A DNA stretch of 64,000 nt, taken from assembly GCF_009914755.1 (NCBI RefSeq), contig NC_060925.1. One strand, written 5' to 3'. This DNA comes from the human T2T-CHM13v2.0 reference genome, Homo sapiens. The position numbers and the translations under genes were made by a program. The notes under the pieces were generated by a model. The model was not told the DNA's origin. It ran no database searches and saw only the letters and a list, made by a program, of their open reading frames with translations. This document shows positions 11,655 through 25,642 of the stretch, in pieces (positions within the stretch are counted from its first letter, which is position 1; every line of letters starts with the position of its first letter).

Positions 11655-13110
11655 TATATATTCATTAGTTCCGTGAATATTCATTGAACACTTTCTCTGT
11701 GCCAGGTGCTATTCTAGGCAACTGGAATACAGCAGTGAACACAGTCAACAAAGTTCCTTTGCACTTGTGGAGCTTATATTTCGGTGTAAGGAGACAGACA
11801 GTAAATAAGCAAGTAAATATATATTACGTCACATAGTAAGTAAGACAAACTAGTCACTGGAGAAAATTGAGCAGAGCCAGGGGGACACAGAGAGATGGGA
11901 AGGGGAGTTGCAGTAAGACACATGTGGGGGATTGTCTTATTATTTGCTATTATTCATGCTGTGCATAGCAAAACCTGGCTAAGACAGATGGCTGTCTTTT
12001 AGGATGGTCAGGGACGCCCTTGCAGGAAAGGTGGCATGTGAGCAGAGACCTTGAAAGAATGGGGAAACAAGCCATTTAGTTATTTGGGAGAAGAGCTCGC
12101 CAGGGCGGGATGTGCAGCAGAAGCAAAGGCCCTGAGCTGGGAATGGGACTGGTGTGTCCAGTGAACATCAAGGAACCAGTGTGGTGAGGGTCAGGTGAGT
12201 AGGGAGGGCGGCAGTGGGAGATTAGAGAGTGGGTGGAATGAGGACAGGGCCTTTGGGGCCATCACAGAACTCTGGCTTTTACCTTGAGGGAGATGGGAAG
12301 CCACTGGAAAATTTTGGCAGAAGGAATGTGAATTACATCTTAGAAGTGTCACTCCAACCACTGTCTTGAGACTAGATCAGTATTGGAAGAGCAAGTATGG
12401 AAGCAGAATGACCAGTTGAAAGCTGGTAGTAACCTGGAGGAGAGATCATGCTGGCTAGGATCAAGATAGTGGAGGTGAGAAGCAGTGGTCATATTCTAGA
12501 TTTATTCTGAAGGCAGAGCCAACAGGATTTTCTGATGGATCAGACATGGGATATGAGAGAAAGTGTCAAGGATAACTAGTTCTTGGTTTTGAATAACAGA
12601 AAGAGAAGCTTACCATTAACTAAGCCAGAGAAATTACTAGAAGAAGTTTTTTGAGGGGTGTAGACATCAGGGCCATGTTTTGGAGAATGTTAGGTTTGAA
12701 ATACCTAGCTGACATCTAAGTAGATGTGTTAAGTACAAAGTTGTCTATTATCTGAGCTCAGGGAGGGGTCGAGGCTTGAGATATGACTTTGGAAGTTCTT
12801 GGAAGATAGATGGTATGTGAAACCATATTCCTGAATGCAGTTATCTTAGCAGTGATTAGTTACAACAGAGAAGAGGTCTTCACTTAATCCTTGGGCCTTC
12901 TAACTGGTAGATATTGAGGACGTGAGGAGGAGACCACAAAGGAGGCTGGAAAGATACAACCAGTGACAAAAATAAACAGTTTAAAAAGAGGGTTGTCCAG
13001 GCCGGTAGAAAAGCATTTCAAGTCAAAGGGAGTGGTTGGCCGTGTCAAATGCTGCTGACACAATATGACGTGGACTGAGAACTGGCCATTAGATTCGGCA
13101 ATATAGAGAG
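11655..13110 (-). mobile_element. L2 (L2a-like) long 3' fragment
   Basis: 'tgtgccaggtgctattctaggc..aatacagcagtgaac' through 'ggactgagaactggccattagatt'. Confidence 0.85.
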
Positions 13111-14544
13111 CACATATTACCAGTATGGACAAGTGAAACAAACCAAGAGATCATTCCAGCAGGGGCACTGGGCTAGGGAAGGGATGAACCTACACCCTTT
13201 CACCATCCTTGTCTTATGGTGCTGAGAGGTGCCAGAGGGTCCCGTGGCCTCATTAAACTCTTCTTCATTATATAATTTGGTTTTCTGTGTGACAGACAAA
13301 TCTCTCATCACTCTAGAGATGCCGATGATAAAATGATGATCGACTGATCATGGTTTTAAGGTTCAGGATGGTTGGTGGGGAGTTTCCCATTTGAACTCCT
13401 CAGAACCCAGTGCATTTTTCAAAGCTTTGGTGAGGTGACAACTCTTGGAAAATACATTTTTCAGCCCTTCATGAATTTACAAAGCAGGATATTATCAGGC
13501 TATCACGCCTTTGAGTGGAGTCTTCTCAATAGCAGAATATTATAATATGTATGTGGCTGATACCTTGTAAGCATGTCAATATTAGATGAAGTAGTCATAC
13601 TAGTATTAAATTGCTTAGACCCTATAAATGGACCTAATAACCCTATTAACTGTAAATTAACTCTAATTGTGTCATTGTTTTTCCTCCAACTTCTGACAAT
13701 CACAAGGTGGTGTTTTTCTAATTCTATCTTGAAAACAGGACTAAAGACTTTTTCTGTCTAGGTGGTCGGCCCTCCAAACTCATATGTACAGGATGTGCCA
13801 AACCTATTTTCTTGCCTCCAACCCTTTCTTTCTGCTGAGTTCAACTTGAATCTCAGGATCTACCTCTCAGTCTCCCTTTGCCTTTTCCTTAAATAATTCA
13901 TCCAGAAGCTCTTAAATGTCCTTGGCTAAATAAGGTCCAAATCACATGAAATGGGGATATGACTCATTCGGCAAGGCCACACTTGGAATTCACTCAGTCC
14001 TTCAGCGTTAAGAGCAGGCGGGAAAGGTTTGATTGGGATGGAGATGGAGGACAATTTCCAGAGCCCAGAGGAAGTACCAATCTGAGGCATGCTTCCTTCC
14101 TCCAGGAACAAGAAAAGTTGGCTCTTGGAAGAAGACAGACAGACCTGCTGTATTTGTATTTGGAAACTTGTCTTCTAAATGCAGAGGTCTATAGAAACTT
14201 TCCAAGATAAATATGCCTGAGAATGCAGACTTTTCTCAAAAATAGTCATTTTGAATAATTGTAATTTTCTGTTTAAAACTGCACGTGCTCTTTTGACAAG
14301 CTGGGATGCTTTCCTACCCTTCTAAGTAGGTGGAGGAACCTTCTATTTGTCCGTTCTACCCACACTGCTCTAGAAGGCTCTATTTTCATGAGGGGCAGCT
14401 CCTTGAAAAGGCTCATGCTAGTGTTTGCACATATGACGATTTTAAAGTGTTGGAAAACTACTGTGACCCTCAGCTGGCCATACAATAGCCTTATGATCTA
14501 TATACTCTACAGAGAAGTTTCTCAAAGTGCAGGCTGCACTTACT

Positions 14545-15270
14545 CATTCAATAAATATTCTTTGAGCAACTGTTGTCCCAGGCACCATTCAATGCCCTGG
14601 ACAGCACAACCATGAACAAAACATATAAAAATTTTTTATCTCATGGAGTTTACATTCCAGTGGAACAAGAATGAAAATATACAAAATTAATAAGTGGAAC
14701 ATATATTAAGTTAGATACGGAGATATGGAGTGATTTGGAGAGAAATCAACCGGTGTGGAATCCCAGAGAGTGTCCCGAGTGCAGAGAGTGAAAGAGGGAG
14801 GAAAAAGGTGCACTTATTAATAGGGTGGTCAGGGAAGAGCCTACTGAAAAGGTATCCTTTGAGAAAAGACCAGAAGCCTGTGAGTGTGTGAGCTTTGCAG
14901 AAATCTGGGAGGAGAGCCCATTGAGAAGAAAGAACTGCAATAGCACATGTTCTGAGGCTAGGATGTGCCTGAAGTGTTCAAGGCACAACAAGAAGGCCAG
15001 TATGGCCCAGGTACAGTAAACCAGGGAGAGAATAGTAAGAGAGGTAGTGGGCATCCAAATTATGAAGGCCCTTGTAAAGACTTGAGCTTTTTCTCCTAGT
15101 GAGATGGGAATCACCAAAGATTTTGAGCAGCCCGGTGATTCTAACTCATATTTTAACAGAATCACTTGGCTGCTGTGTGAAAAAAATAGATCATAGAGGA
15201 ATGAGAAGGGAATCAAGGACACCAACTGGGAGGCTTTTATAATAATCTAAGTGAAAATTGGTGGTAGCAG
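14545..15270 (-). mobile_element. L2 3' fragment
   Basis: 'cattcaataaatattctttgagc...ctcatggagtttacattccagtgg...gattttgagcag'. Confidence 0.8.
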
Positions 15271-15279
15271 ACCAGCCAT

Positions 15280-15422
15280 CATAATTACCTGAAATACCTG
15301 AAAACTGTGAATGCCAGGAGTTAACTTTAGATCCATTGAACCAGAATGTGAAAACCCAAGACTGAAGTTTTCACAAATACTCCCCCAGGTATTGCTTAAG
15401 TATACTAGAGTTTAAAGACCAT
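15280..15422. mobile_element. MER5-like fragment
   Basis: 'ctcccccaggtatt...agagtttaaagacca'. Confidence 0.45.
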
Positions 15423-15433
15423 TCTTCTATGAT

Positions 15434-16342
15434 GTGCCAACTATCAATTCATTGCCTCACACCTCCAAATTCACCCCTCATTGCCTGCTTTGCAAAAATG
15501 GATCTGGGCCCTGTACACATTTTTCCTTTGCCAGCTGGTTCAATGTTAAGTCTTGTCCGTAGACAGCACTGGAGAGACATTGCAGTAGGAAGGAAGTTTC
15601 CATTCTGGTTCTGATGCTCTGGCTTAGCAGGCTCCTGCAGCACAGGCGGGTTCTCCAGCACCAGGCTCCCACAGCACTCATGGCTTCCACAGCACCCATC
15701 TCCTGCAGAGTAGGCAGCTTATTCAGAACCAGTCTTCTGCAGTTTAGGCAGCTTTTCCAGCAGCCAGCTAATGAAGCACAAGTGACTTCTCAAGCATTGC
15801 TCCTTCAGGGCATGCAGCTACCCCAGCACTCAGCTCCTGGAGATAAGGCAGCTTCTCTAACATCAGACTCCCACAAAATGCGGCAGCCAGCAGTATCCTA
15901 CTTCCAGTAGCTTCCCCCATCACCTCTGGTAATTTCACAGTAAGTGCCTCCAGAGAGACACTGCCTCCTGAACAGCTTTCCCTGGCACCCTAGAGAGTTG
16001 ATTTATAGCAAGTTCCAGAGAGCAAATTCTACAAGTGCAGGTATTCCTCTTTCAGCCATTGGGCCATGGCTGTGCTCTCTCCACAATGTCTGGATTTCAG
16101 CCTTTGGAGTGGAGGTCAGGGAGGATAAGGGAGGACATTCCTCAGGCCTCTACTTCAATTTCAAGTGTAACGTCTGTTGCTTGTATCTGTTATTCCTATA
16201 TTCTTAGAGTTCTCTTTACTTTTTCCAGGCCAATCTCTCATTACTCTAATCCCCTATTATAGTTGATATTTCTTTACATTAACTTTTTAATATTCAAATT
16301 ACTGTGTGGTTTCTGTCTCTTGGTTCAACCATGACTGATGCA
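15434..16342 (+). mobile_element. LTR41-like ERVL solo LTR
   Basis: Start 'tgtgccaactatcaattcattgcctc..ctccaaattcaccc'; end 'tgtggtttctgtctc...tgactgatgca'. Confidence 0.7.
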
Positions 16343-16759
16343 CATAGCATCACATTCCAGAAGGAAATTTAGCACTCCAATCCTTTACTTGCCAAATCTG
16401 AGAGCCTGAAAGTGGTTGGATAACAAACCTTCAAGTTGCAGGCAAACTCTTCAGCTTTCAGCCAATTGTTTGGTAGAGCTTTGTACATGGTAAACAATTA
16501 ATTTCATCGTGCATCATTGCTGCCTTTCTTCAACTGAAGGGCCTAGAAAGCACAGTGTTCTCTAAACTGCTGGAAGCCCACTGGAGCACTTCTGCCTGAG
16601 GAGTGGATAATGATAGACAAGCCCTCAAAGATATATAAATAATCTCTGAGCAGAATCAGAGGCCTCCTGGACATTCTCCCAGCACCAATATCCTACACAC
16701 AAAGCAGATGCTTTTGTCCATTATTTGCCTGGTTACAACTGGAGAAAATGAATTTGGAT

Positions 16760-16965
16760 TAGGTAATATTGTATAACATATGTAATCATAAGCTTTTGAG
16801 TCTGACACTGATATTTGAGCCTAGCCCTGACACTAACTAGTTTTTTTACTTTGGACAAATAACCTAATCTCTCTTGAGTCTCAGTTTTATTATCTGTGAA
16901 ATCTGCATAATAGAATTTACTTCCATAGGGTTGCTATGAGGATTAAATTAAATTGTACAGGTGAA
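16760..16965 (+). mobile_element. MIR SINE relic
   Basis: 'gagtctcagttttattatctgtgaaat...atagggttgctatgaggattaaa'. Confidence 0.75.
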
Positions 16966-17267
16966 GAATTTCACCTGTGAATGTGATGATGGTTGTCCTG
17001 CTGAAAAGTGCAAAACTACATTCTTACCTGCTTGTTCAATCAATGTGCTACCAAATGCAAGGCAATCTGTAGCAAAACTGAGTGTCCAGTTTGGGTCCCC
17101 ATAGTCAGAACTTGTGCCATTTCCCTGGGTAGCTCCGGCTGCCTCTGTGCTCTTGCCTCAGCTTCTGCTCCTACTCTCATCACCAACTCCAGATCCAAGA
17201 ACACCTAAAGAAACACCAGTTCTTGAGATATGTGACCTCCAGAGACAAGTCATCAGGAAAGTCTAGA

Positions 17268-17905
<638 letters not shown>

Positions 17906-17924
17906 AGACCATCTGGCCCAGTTC

Positions 17925-18240
17925 CCTCATTTTAAGAAAAACGTACAGGGACTCAAATAAGTTTTATGAATTGTCCTTCCTAAGTCACGTAGCCAGATAG
18001 AGGCAAAGTCAGGATCAGAATCTAAGGCACTTGATACCTTGCCTGGATTTGAAACCCAACCCCACCCCTTATAAGCTGTGTGACTCAGAACAAACTTCTT
18101 TACTTCTCTGAACTGCAACTTCCTTTTTTATAAATGGGAAATTAATATGTTCCCAAGAGTTGTAGTAAGGATTAAATAAGGTAATGATGTAAATCACATA
18201 GCTCACAGCAAGCACTGGCTAAATGGAATAGTAAGTTATC
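17925..18240. mobile_element. Two adjacent MIR fragments in opposite orientation
   Basis: Minus 'cctaagtcacgtagccagatagaggcaaagtcagga' then plus 'ggatttgaaaccc..agctgtgtgact...aaatgggaaattaata'. Confidence 0.65.
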
Positions 18241-19224
18241 GTAATCAACTAACCACACTGCCTTTCACTAACCTCAGCCTAATTTAGCAGGAGGCAGAGA
18301 AGGGACGGCCTCCCACTGCACACTGGTGGCCTTAGATGTGGCTTTAGTCTAGCCAGCAAGAACAATGTTATGATGCTACACATGCTCGTCAAAGTTTTAT
18401 CGTAGCTCTTTATTTCCAAGTTAGAAAACAAAAAGGTGATTTTCCTTTCAAGATTCTCTTGATAAAGGAACGATGATCAATTTTTTAAGTTTCAGCAACA
18501 GGAGCAAAGTTACAAGAAGAGCACCATTAAATGCCCCACCCATCCCAGTCTCTGGTACTCCAAGGCCCCTGACTCACCTGGCTTCCCTTTTGACTCCCCT
18601 TGTCCATCCAGAAGACACAGAGATCCCTCAAAGGGAGATAATGTCATTTGTTGACATTTCCCAGGTGACGAGAAAGTCGGGTCTTTTACTAGGGACCTGA
18701 GTCTTTGCATATAATTAGCAGGTCAAATAACCCTCAGGGAATTGAGGCTTGGCGTTCCTCATTGTCAAAAGGAACCACAGCCTTCGGAGAAAGGGGTGGA
18801 GGTTGAACTACAAGAACTTCTCTCGGTCTTTTTTCATTTAAGGATCTCAAATGGAGCGGTAAATGAGGAAGGAGCAAAGAATTCCAGGCTCCATTTCTTG
18901 TTTATCTTAGAAATTTACTTCCAGGGATGTCTACTCTGGAAGTTACCATATAAACTGAGATCAGCAAATAGAACATTTCTGCTTTCAATTAACGAGTGCC
19001 TATTACGCATCCTACCATAAGTAAAATACTTGACTAAAAATTATTTTAAGATTTCAAGAAATTTACAATGTATTTTGGAATAAAGTGTGGAAGAAATACA
19101 TTTACTTAATATAGATGGCAATATAGCATAATTTACATTACATGTTATATTATTGGTATATAATTGTATTTATATAATATTCATATGATGCGATATAAGA
19201 TTGTTAACTAAAAGGATTAAAAAT

Positions 19225-19393
19225 ATGGGAAGCAGAGTGTGGAATGATGGACAATGGAGACTCAGTGGGGTAGGGGAGGGTGAATGATGGGAGGTTGCCT
19301 GGTGGGTACAGTGTGCATTGCTCCAGTGACGGATGCACTGAAGGCCCTGACTTCACCAAAATGCAATGTGTCAATGTACCAAAATTATGATAC
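19225..19393 (+). mobile_element. L1MA/L1PB 3'UTR fragment
   Basis: 'gggtacagtgtgcattgctccagtgacggatgcactgaaggccctgacttcacca'. Confidence 0.75.
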
Positions 19394-19394
19394 A

Positions 19395-19680
19395 GCAAGT
19401 GCTTTAGGAATTAAGAGGTGTGAAATAACATCAGGCTGGAGTAAGATGTGAAGACTCTAGGGAAGAAGTAGAGTTTGAACCATCAGCTGAAGTTAAGTGA
19501 GATCAAAGTCAGTTCCAGGAGATAGTGGGGAAAGCTGGCTGAAGGAAAGACTTGAAGGAAGGAATGTCCTTGGCACAGTCTCGGGGACCATAATGGATGA
19601 ATGAGGCTGATGTGAGAGACGTGTTCATGAGAAAGATGGGAAGTAGGTTGGAGAGGTAGGTGACGTCCTATTTTGTCAAT
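19395..19680 (-). mobile_element. L2 fragment
   Basis: 'aagtgctttagga...gaagtagagtttgaac...gaaggaatgtccttggcacag'. Confidence 0.5.
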
Positions 19681-20020
19681 GGACAGTTTCAGCACCCACC
19701 CTGCAAGCCCCAAACTGGGCCTTGGTGAGGGAGTTGTTGGCAAAGTCCCTACAAGGCCCAGACCCCAAGCCTACATGAAGGCGCCAGTTCAGACCTCAAA
19801 TGTCAGCCTGTGGAGTTGAGTCCGTAACCAGCCTGAGAGACTTGCCACGGAGCACACTTGGCGCCTCCTCCATACTTCTAGCTGCACACAGACTTGCTCA
19901 ACAATGGAGTGACTGATGCAGGTTTGACCTTGAAGTACAGAATCAATAAAGGAACTAGAAGAATAAAAGTTGAAATTGGAAGAAGATACATGGGAGGATG
20001 ACTTAGAAAACAATGCATGG

Positions 20021-20141
20021 ACTACTCAGGAGGCCGAGGCATGAGAATCACTTGAACCAAGGAGGCAGAAGTTGCAGTGAGCTAAGATCGTGCCACTGCA
20101 CTCCAGCCTGGGCAACAGAGCGAGACCCCGTCAAGAAGAAG
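20021..20141 (+). mobile_element. 5'-truncated Alu (part of the right arm only)
   Basis: Right-monomer sequence, (AAG)n tail, TSD aatgcatgg at 20012 and 20142. Confidence 0.92.
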
Positions 20142-21589
20142 AATGCATGGGGTATCCCTGCCACAGGAGCCCTTAGGAATCTGAGAACTATTAATAAATA
20201 TGATGTTATTGTATTTGCACCCTGAGTTTGGCTTCCTGAAGAATCCATTATAGTGGCACATAAAACCCATAAACTAATGAGGAGGCTTCCTCCATAGAAC
20301 TGAAGGCATTTGTAGCTATATTGACACTTAATTCACTGAAGACATTTGTCTCACACTTTATTATATTGAGAACTTAACCCAGTTTTGCAAAATAGATAAC
20401 CATCACAGGAGCTGGTCTTAATTACCTCTTGCCCTTTGTGTGCCTTATGTAGACCTTCTCTTTGAAATAATGTGTGTATTTTTCAGTCTTCTCTTTTCCT
20501 TCTTAAGGTTTTTCTCAAGAGCCTAGCAAGATTCCTTAAAAAAAAAAAAAAAAAAAAGCTGAAAGCAAATCTATCTGTTAGTTGCCTTTGGCCTTAAAAA
20601 TCTTCCCAACAAAGCTATAGTTGCCTGACAAACTTTGATATCTATAAATAATGCTGACAAAGGAAAAAAATCAAATTAAAGTGTTAGTTCAAGAATTCCA
20701 TCCCGTGAACACGTTAGAGTGTCCTACTTGTCCTCAGGCTACCATCCTGCTTGAGCTGTTAGCACTTTTCCTGAGGCAGACAACTTCCTTAACTCACACC
20801 TGAAACAAACAAACAAAAAGCTGATGTCAGCCCGGGCGGTCCTTTCCCCTCCTGGCTCTTTCCCTTTGCTAGAGAACTGAAATCAGATGAGTTGCTGACA
20901 TCTGGTGGTAACTAAGCGGAGTGTAATCTCGGTCTTGGAAGGACTTTTGTCTCTGATTCCAATACACTCCCCCAGCCTCTGATTCCTGGAGGCCTCCCCT
21001 TGAGCTTACAAAATTGTTTTATCCAAAGGGAAAGCAAAAGAGCAAACTAAGAAACAACAGAAACAATTTCCCACGGTTCTGAGAAGATGAGTGTTGGCCA
21101 CCAGAATGAAAAGTCAGCCTTCTCTAGAGACAACCAACACTTCTTGGATTTAGACAAAGATTAGACTTGATCCCAACAGACTTGATGAGTCATGAGAATA
21201 AATAACACAGGGAAGTCTCTTTTGGTTAAAGGTAACATTTTTCTTGCAGCTGGGAATAATTCTGCTGTACTCATTTTCTCTTGGCCATTCAAATATTTTA
21301 AAAAGCTCCCCATTTTTTGGGGGCCACAGAGTAGACAGTGGTTTCTGAAGCATTCTGCATTGTTCTACTCTTCTACCTCTCAGCATGTTGCGTGAAACCT
21401 CAAATCCTTGCTCACAAAAGTTCTTAAACTTCATCTTCAGAGAAAAATGTAGAACCTTCACTCTGGATAGGACAAAGGCATCCACTAATGAGACGTGCAG
21501 GGCCTAAAGGTATGTTAGGTGATTCCCAGTACTAGTGTCTGGGAGTATCAGAGAAGGAGGTGTCCTAAACGTTGCAAGCAGAAAGAAAA

Positions 21590-21850
21590 TCAGTCACTAT
21601 TCTAAAATGCTATTTGATTTCTTCGTAGCATGTATCACTAAAAACAAAATGTATTTTGTTCATGTGTTTGTTTTCTTGGTTTTCACCTGTATCCTCCTGG
21701 TTTTGCCTTCCTTACTCAACACACCTCTCCTCTTGAAAACTAGAAAATAAACTTGAGAACAGAAACCTTGGTGGTCTTGTCCACCGTTATATCCCAGTAC
21801 CTAAAATACATGACATGCTAAACTTCTCAAATACTTATTTTACGAAAGAA
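21590..21850 (+). mobile_element. L2 3' fragment
   Basis: 'tcttgtccaccgttatatcccagtacctaaaa...ctcaaatacttattttacgaaagaatga'. Confidence 0.6.
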
Positions 21851-23107
21851 TGACAATACACTCCCATAGTTCCAGGGAGTCCCTACTTTACCATCCCTCA
21901 CTCCAGAAAGCCCGCAAAAGCATCCCATCCAGGGAAGCTCTCTAATGACTCTTTTTCCCATTCATCGACAGCAGAGAGCAAAAAGCCAATATCCAGGGCC
22001 CAGCCTAGCGACCTCCTAAGATTCCTGGAGGTTGACGGGTGTTAGCACAGATGAAGGCTGCCTTCACCAGAAGGCCTTCCAAATGCTTCAGGGCATTGGA
22101 GACAGAAATCTTTACGGGCAGCGTTGAGTCTATTACAGCATATCTTGGTGCTAGATTGCTATCTGGGTGTGCATGAGTCTGTGGGGGCCGGGGGAAGTGT
22201 GCTGGAAAACTTTCCCTCTGTCTCCAGCTAAATGGCTTCCTGAGGAAATGAGAAATGGGGGTGGGGTGGGTGGGAAGGAATGAAAAAATTCCAGTAAGGA
22301 AAAATAAAAGACTTTTTTCTTTGGAACAGGGAGTGTTATTTGCAGATCTAAAATTCCAGGATCTCTGTGTATTAGAAACACAAGGGCTTTCAAAACGAAA
22401 AAGTAAAAATAAAAAATAAAATCCATGGTGTATGAGACACTAGAATAAATATTTCAAAGGTAACATTTTAAAACTGAGAAGTCTGGGGAAGCTTGGCCAG
22501 GATTGGTGAGAACCTGAGATTCACGTCTCTCCTGACTCAGCCCAGTACAGCAGGTTCTTTCTGGCAGCCATTAATATAGTTCACGGTTAAATTACTGGAC
22601 CCCATGTGGACTGAAAGGGCCTCTTTATCTTTAAACAAACAGATGAGGAAGGAGGATCTGCCCCTCACCCCTAGCCTAAACCAGTATTTGTGAGACCACA
22701 CCAGGGTTTTTCCATTCCAGCTATCAATCTTCCCTTGTTGTGGTTTGAGAGAAAGAGAGAAGTATTCGAGGAGGGACGTGTAATCAAAAAGGTAACTCAG
22801 CTTTATTTTAGCAGACCTGAAAAGAAATAACTTGGTCTTTTCTTGAATATTGGATGGAAATGTAGGGGCATCAAGGATTCATGGCGGGGAACTCTCTAAA
22901 TCATCTCCCCCACCATCCAGGACACCACCCATAGCTTGAGCTTCCTGGAACATACAGGCTGACATTTTTGTGCAGCGTCCCTGCCCACCACTCTGCAGGA
23001 CACGTCTGAGGTTCCGACTTAGCCTGCCATCAGCAACAACCATTGCAGCCAGAACAGAAAGCCTTTATTAGGTGTCTTCGGCGTCTTCTGCACACAGCAT
23101 CAAACTA

Positions 23108-23308
23108 GATCAATGAGTATCGATTGGTTTGGTCATGCCCCATGTTCCCTCAAGGGAAGACGGGCTCTTTAAACAACCAACCCAAAATGAAACAAAACAA
23201 AACATATAGGCTGGACGAAAGCTCCAAGTTTCAGATTTTCATGGAAAAATAAATTTGCAATAGATTGGTTAGAATTACAGAAAGAGTGCTTTAAATAAAC
23301 TGTTCTAG
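23108..23308. repeat. Local dispersed repeat, copy 1 (not a recognised TE)
   Basis: Aligns by eye with copies 2 and 3. Confidence 0.9.
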
Positions 23309-23439
23309 AAAAAAATCACAGCTACAACTCCGCCATGTTAGAGTGTACAGTCTACGAATAACCTAATAGCCTTCTCAGGGAACATCAAGCATGCTAATGA
23401 CAAGATAACTTTTTGCTTTGTTTTATTGTGTTTTAATCA

Positions 23440-23995
<556 letters not shown>

Positions 23996-24009
23996 GTATT
24001 GGGTATTTC

Positions 24010-24205
24010 CTTTTAAACAGCATTTCCTGAGGGCCAGCTTTGTGCAAGACACTGTTCTCAGCTCTTTGCGTGTCTTACTCATTTCACCTCCTAAGAATCC
24101 TGTGTGGCAAGCACTATTCTTATACTCATTTTATACATGAGGAAACTGAGGCCTCCTTGCCCACGATCACATAGTAAATGGCAACCCCAAGCTGTCTGGC
24201 TCCAG
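24010..24205 (-). mobile_element. MIR SINE relic
   Basis: 'cattttatacatgaggaaactgaggc..ttgcccacgatcaca'. Confidence 0.75.
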
Positions 24206-24603
24206 AAGATTTCCTCAGAAAGGAAGGTCAGTTTGTTGATCTAAATAGTTGAGCTGCCATTTTTGCCTAGAAAACCCGAGTGGAAGATTTCATCAGTGTC
24301 CCCCTCATCTGCTGACAGCAGTCAGTGAACATCCAACATCAACTGGACTCTGCCTCCTTGGAAAGGCCCCAGGCTTGATCTGGATGAATGACCTCTGTGT
24401 ACAGTTACCTTTGACTTGGCCTCCTACCTGAAAACACAAAGAGGGACAGTTACATAAGGTAATGCTGACCTATATTCTTGACACCCTGAGTTGCTCCTGG
24501 ATCCCCAGAGCAAACACTGAGGTTCACCAGGAGAGAAGCACAAACTGATGTCTGATTTGCTCTTATCTGTCACAGGCCCTGCCATTAGCCCAACTTGGCC
24601 AAG

Positions 24604-24802
24604 AATCAGTGGATATTGATTGGTTTGGTTGTGCTCCTCATGTTCCCTCAGAGGACGACCAGCTCCTAAGCACCAACCCAAAATGAAGCAAAATAATACA
24701 CATAGGCCGGACAAAAGCTTAAAGTTTCAGATTTTAATGGAAAAATAAATGTGTAATAGGCTTGTTGGACTAACAGAAGGGTTCTTTAAAGAAATTGCTT
24801 AG
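24604..24802. repeat. Local dispersed repeat, copy 2
   Basis: Aligns with copy 1 over about 200 bp and copy 3 over 131 bp. Confidence 0.9.
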
Positions 24803-25425
24803 TTTTCAAATACTAAACACCATTAGATAGGCAAGTACTGCCAAATGAGTTTCTGGAGACAGAATTTAATGAACAAGAGACAAAATCTTTCAATTATGTC
24901 ATTGTGCATATATAGTTTTTGCATAGATGAAGTTTGGTTCCTCTAATAGTTAAACATCACCCCCTACAAACTTGTTTTGATAATTGCCTTAAGAGATACT
25001 GTCTCCAAATAAAAAAGAAAGGTCTGATTTTTTAAAAAATCTAAATTGTCCGAATTCGTGGACACCTTATTAGAGAAGGTTTTGGGTTACTAGTTTAAAA
25101 ATTGTTCCCTCGTTTTTTGTTTTTTAATAGGATATCAGGAAAATCCACCAACAAAATCATCTCTGAAGTCATTAACATGAGACAAACAAAAGCGGTGACT
25201 GAGATCCAGAGTCACCTAAGCCAATTTAAAGTCTTAGAATATACGGCCCATTCTTTACAAAGTCCTCAAACCATCACCTCAGAGTTCCTTAATAGAAGTC
25301 AGAAGCCCAAATTCAAACACAGAACTACCATGGAATTGTGTGGTGACACCCAAAACATCACCTGTCTGGCCTCAGTTTCCTCCCTCATATAGATGATCAA
25401 ACCACCTCCATAAGTTCCTCATAGA

Positions 25426-25465
25426 GATGACGATGATGATGGTGATGACGATGATGATGATGATG
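25426..25465. repeat. Imperfect (GAT)n
   Basis: Direct reading. Confidence 0.85.
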
Positions 25466-25489
25466 TCATTTAGCAGTGTTGGCAATGAA

Positions 25490-25625
25490 AATAGCAGCTG
25501 CTTGTTTATTGAGTCCTACCATAGGCCAAAGCACTATTCTAAGCCTTTGACTTGAATTAACTCACAATATCCTCCTGGAAATTTTGCACCAGGGATTTCT
25601 CCCCAAATCCGTGTCTACCATGCTC
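25490..25625 (-). mobile_element. MIR fragment
   Basis: 'gtttattgagtcctaccataggcca..gcactattctaagc'. Confidence 0.55.
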
Positions 25626-25642
25626 TCTTAAGCGAAGAATAT

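Noticed and set aside
13155-13172. CTCF-like ccagcaggggcact
   Set aside because: One G short of the core spacing
15555-15580. LTR41-borne CTCF site
   Set aside because: Core appears degenerate (gtccgtagacagcac) relative to the CTCF motif
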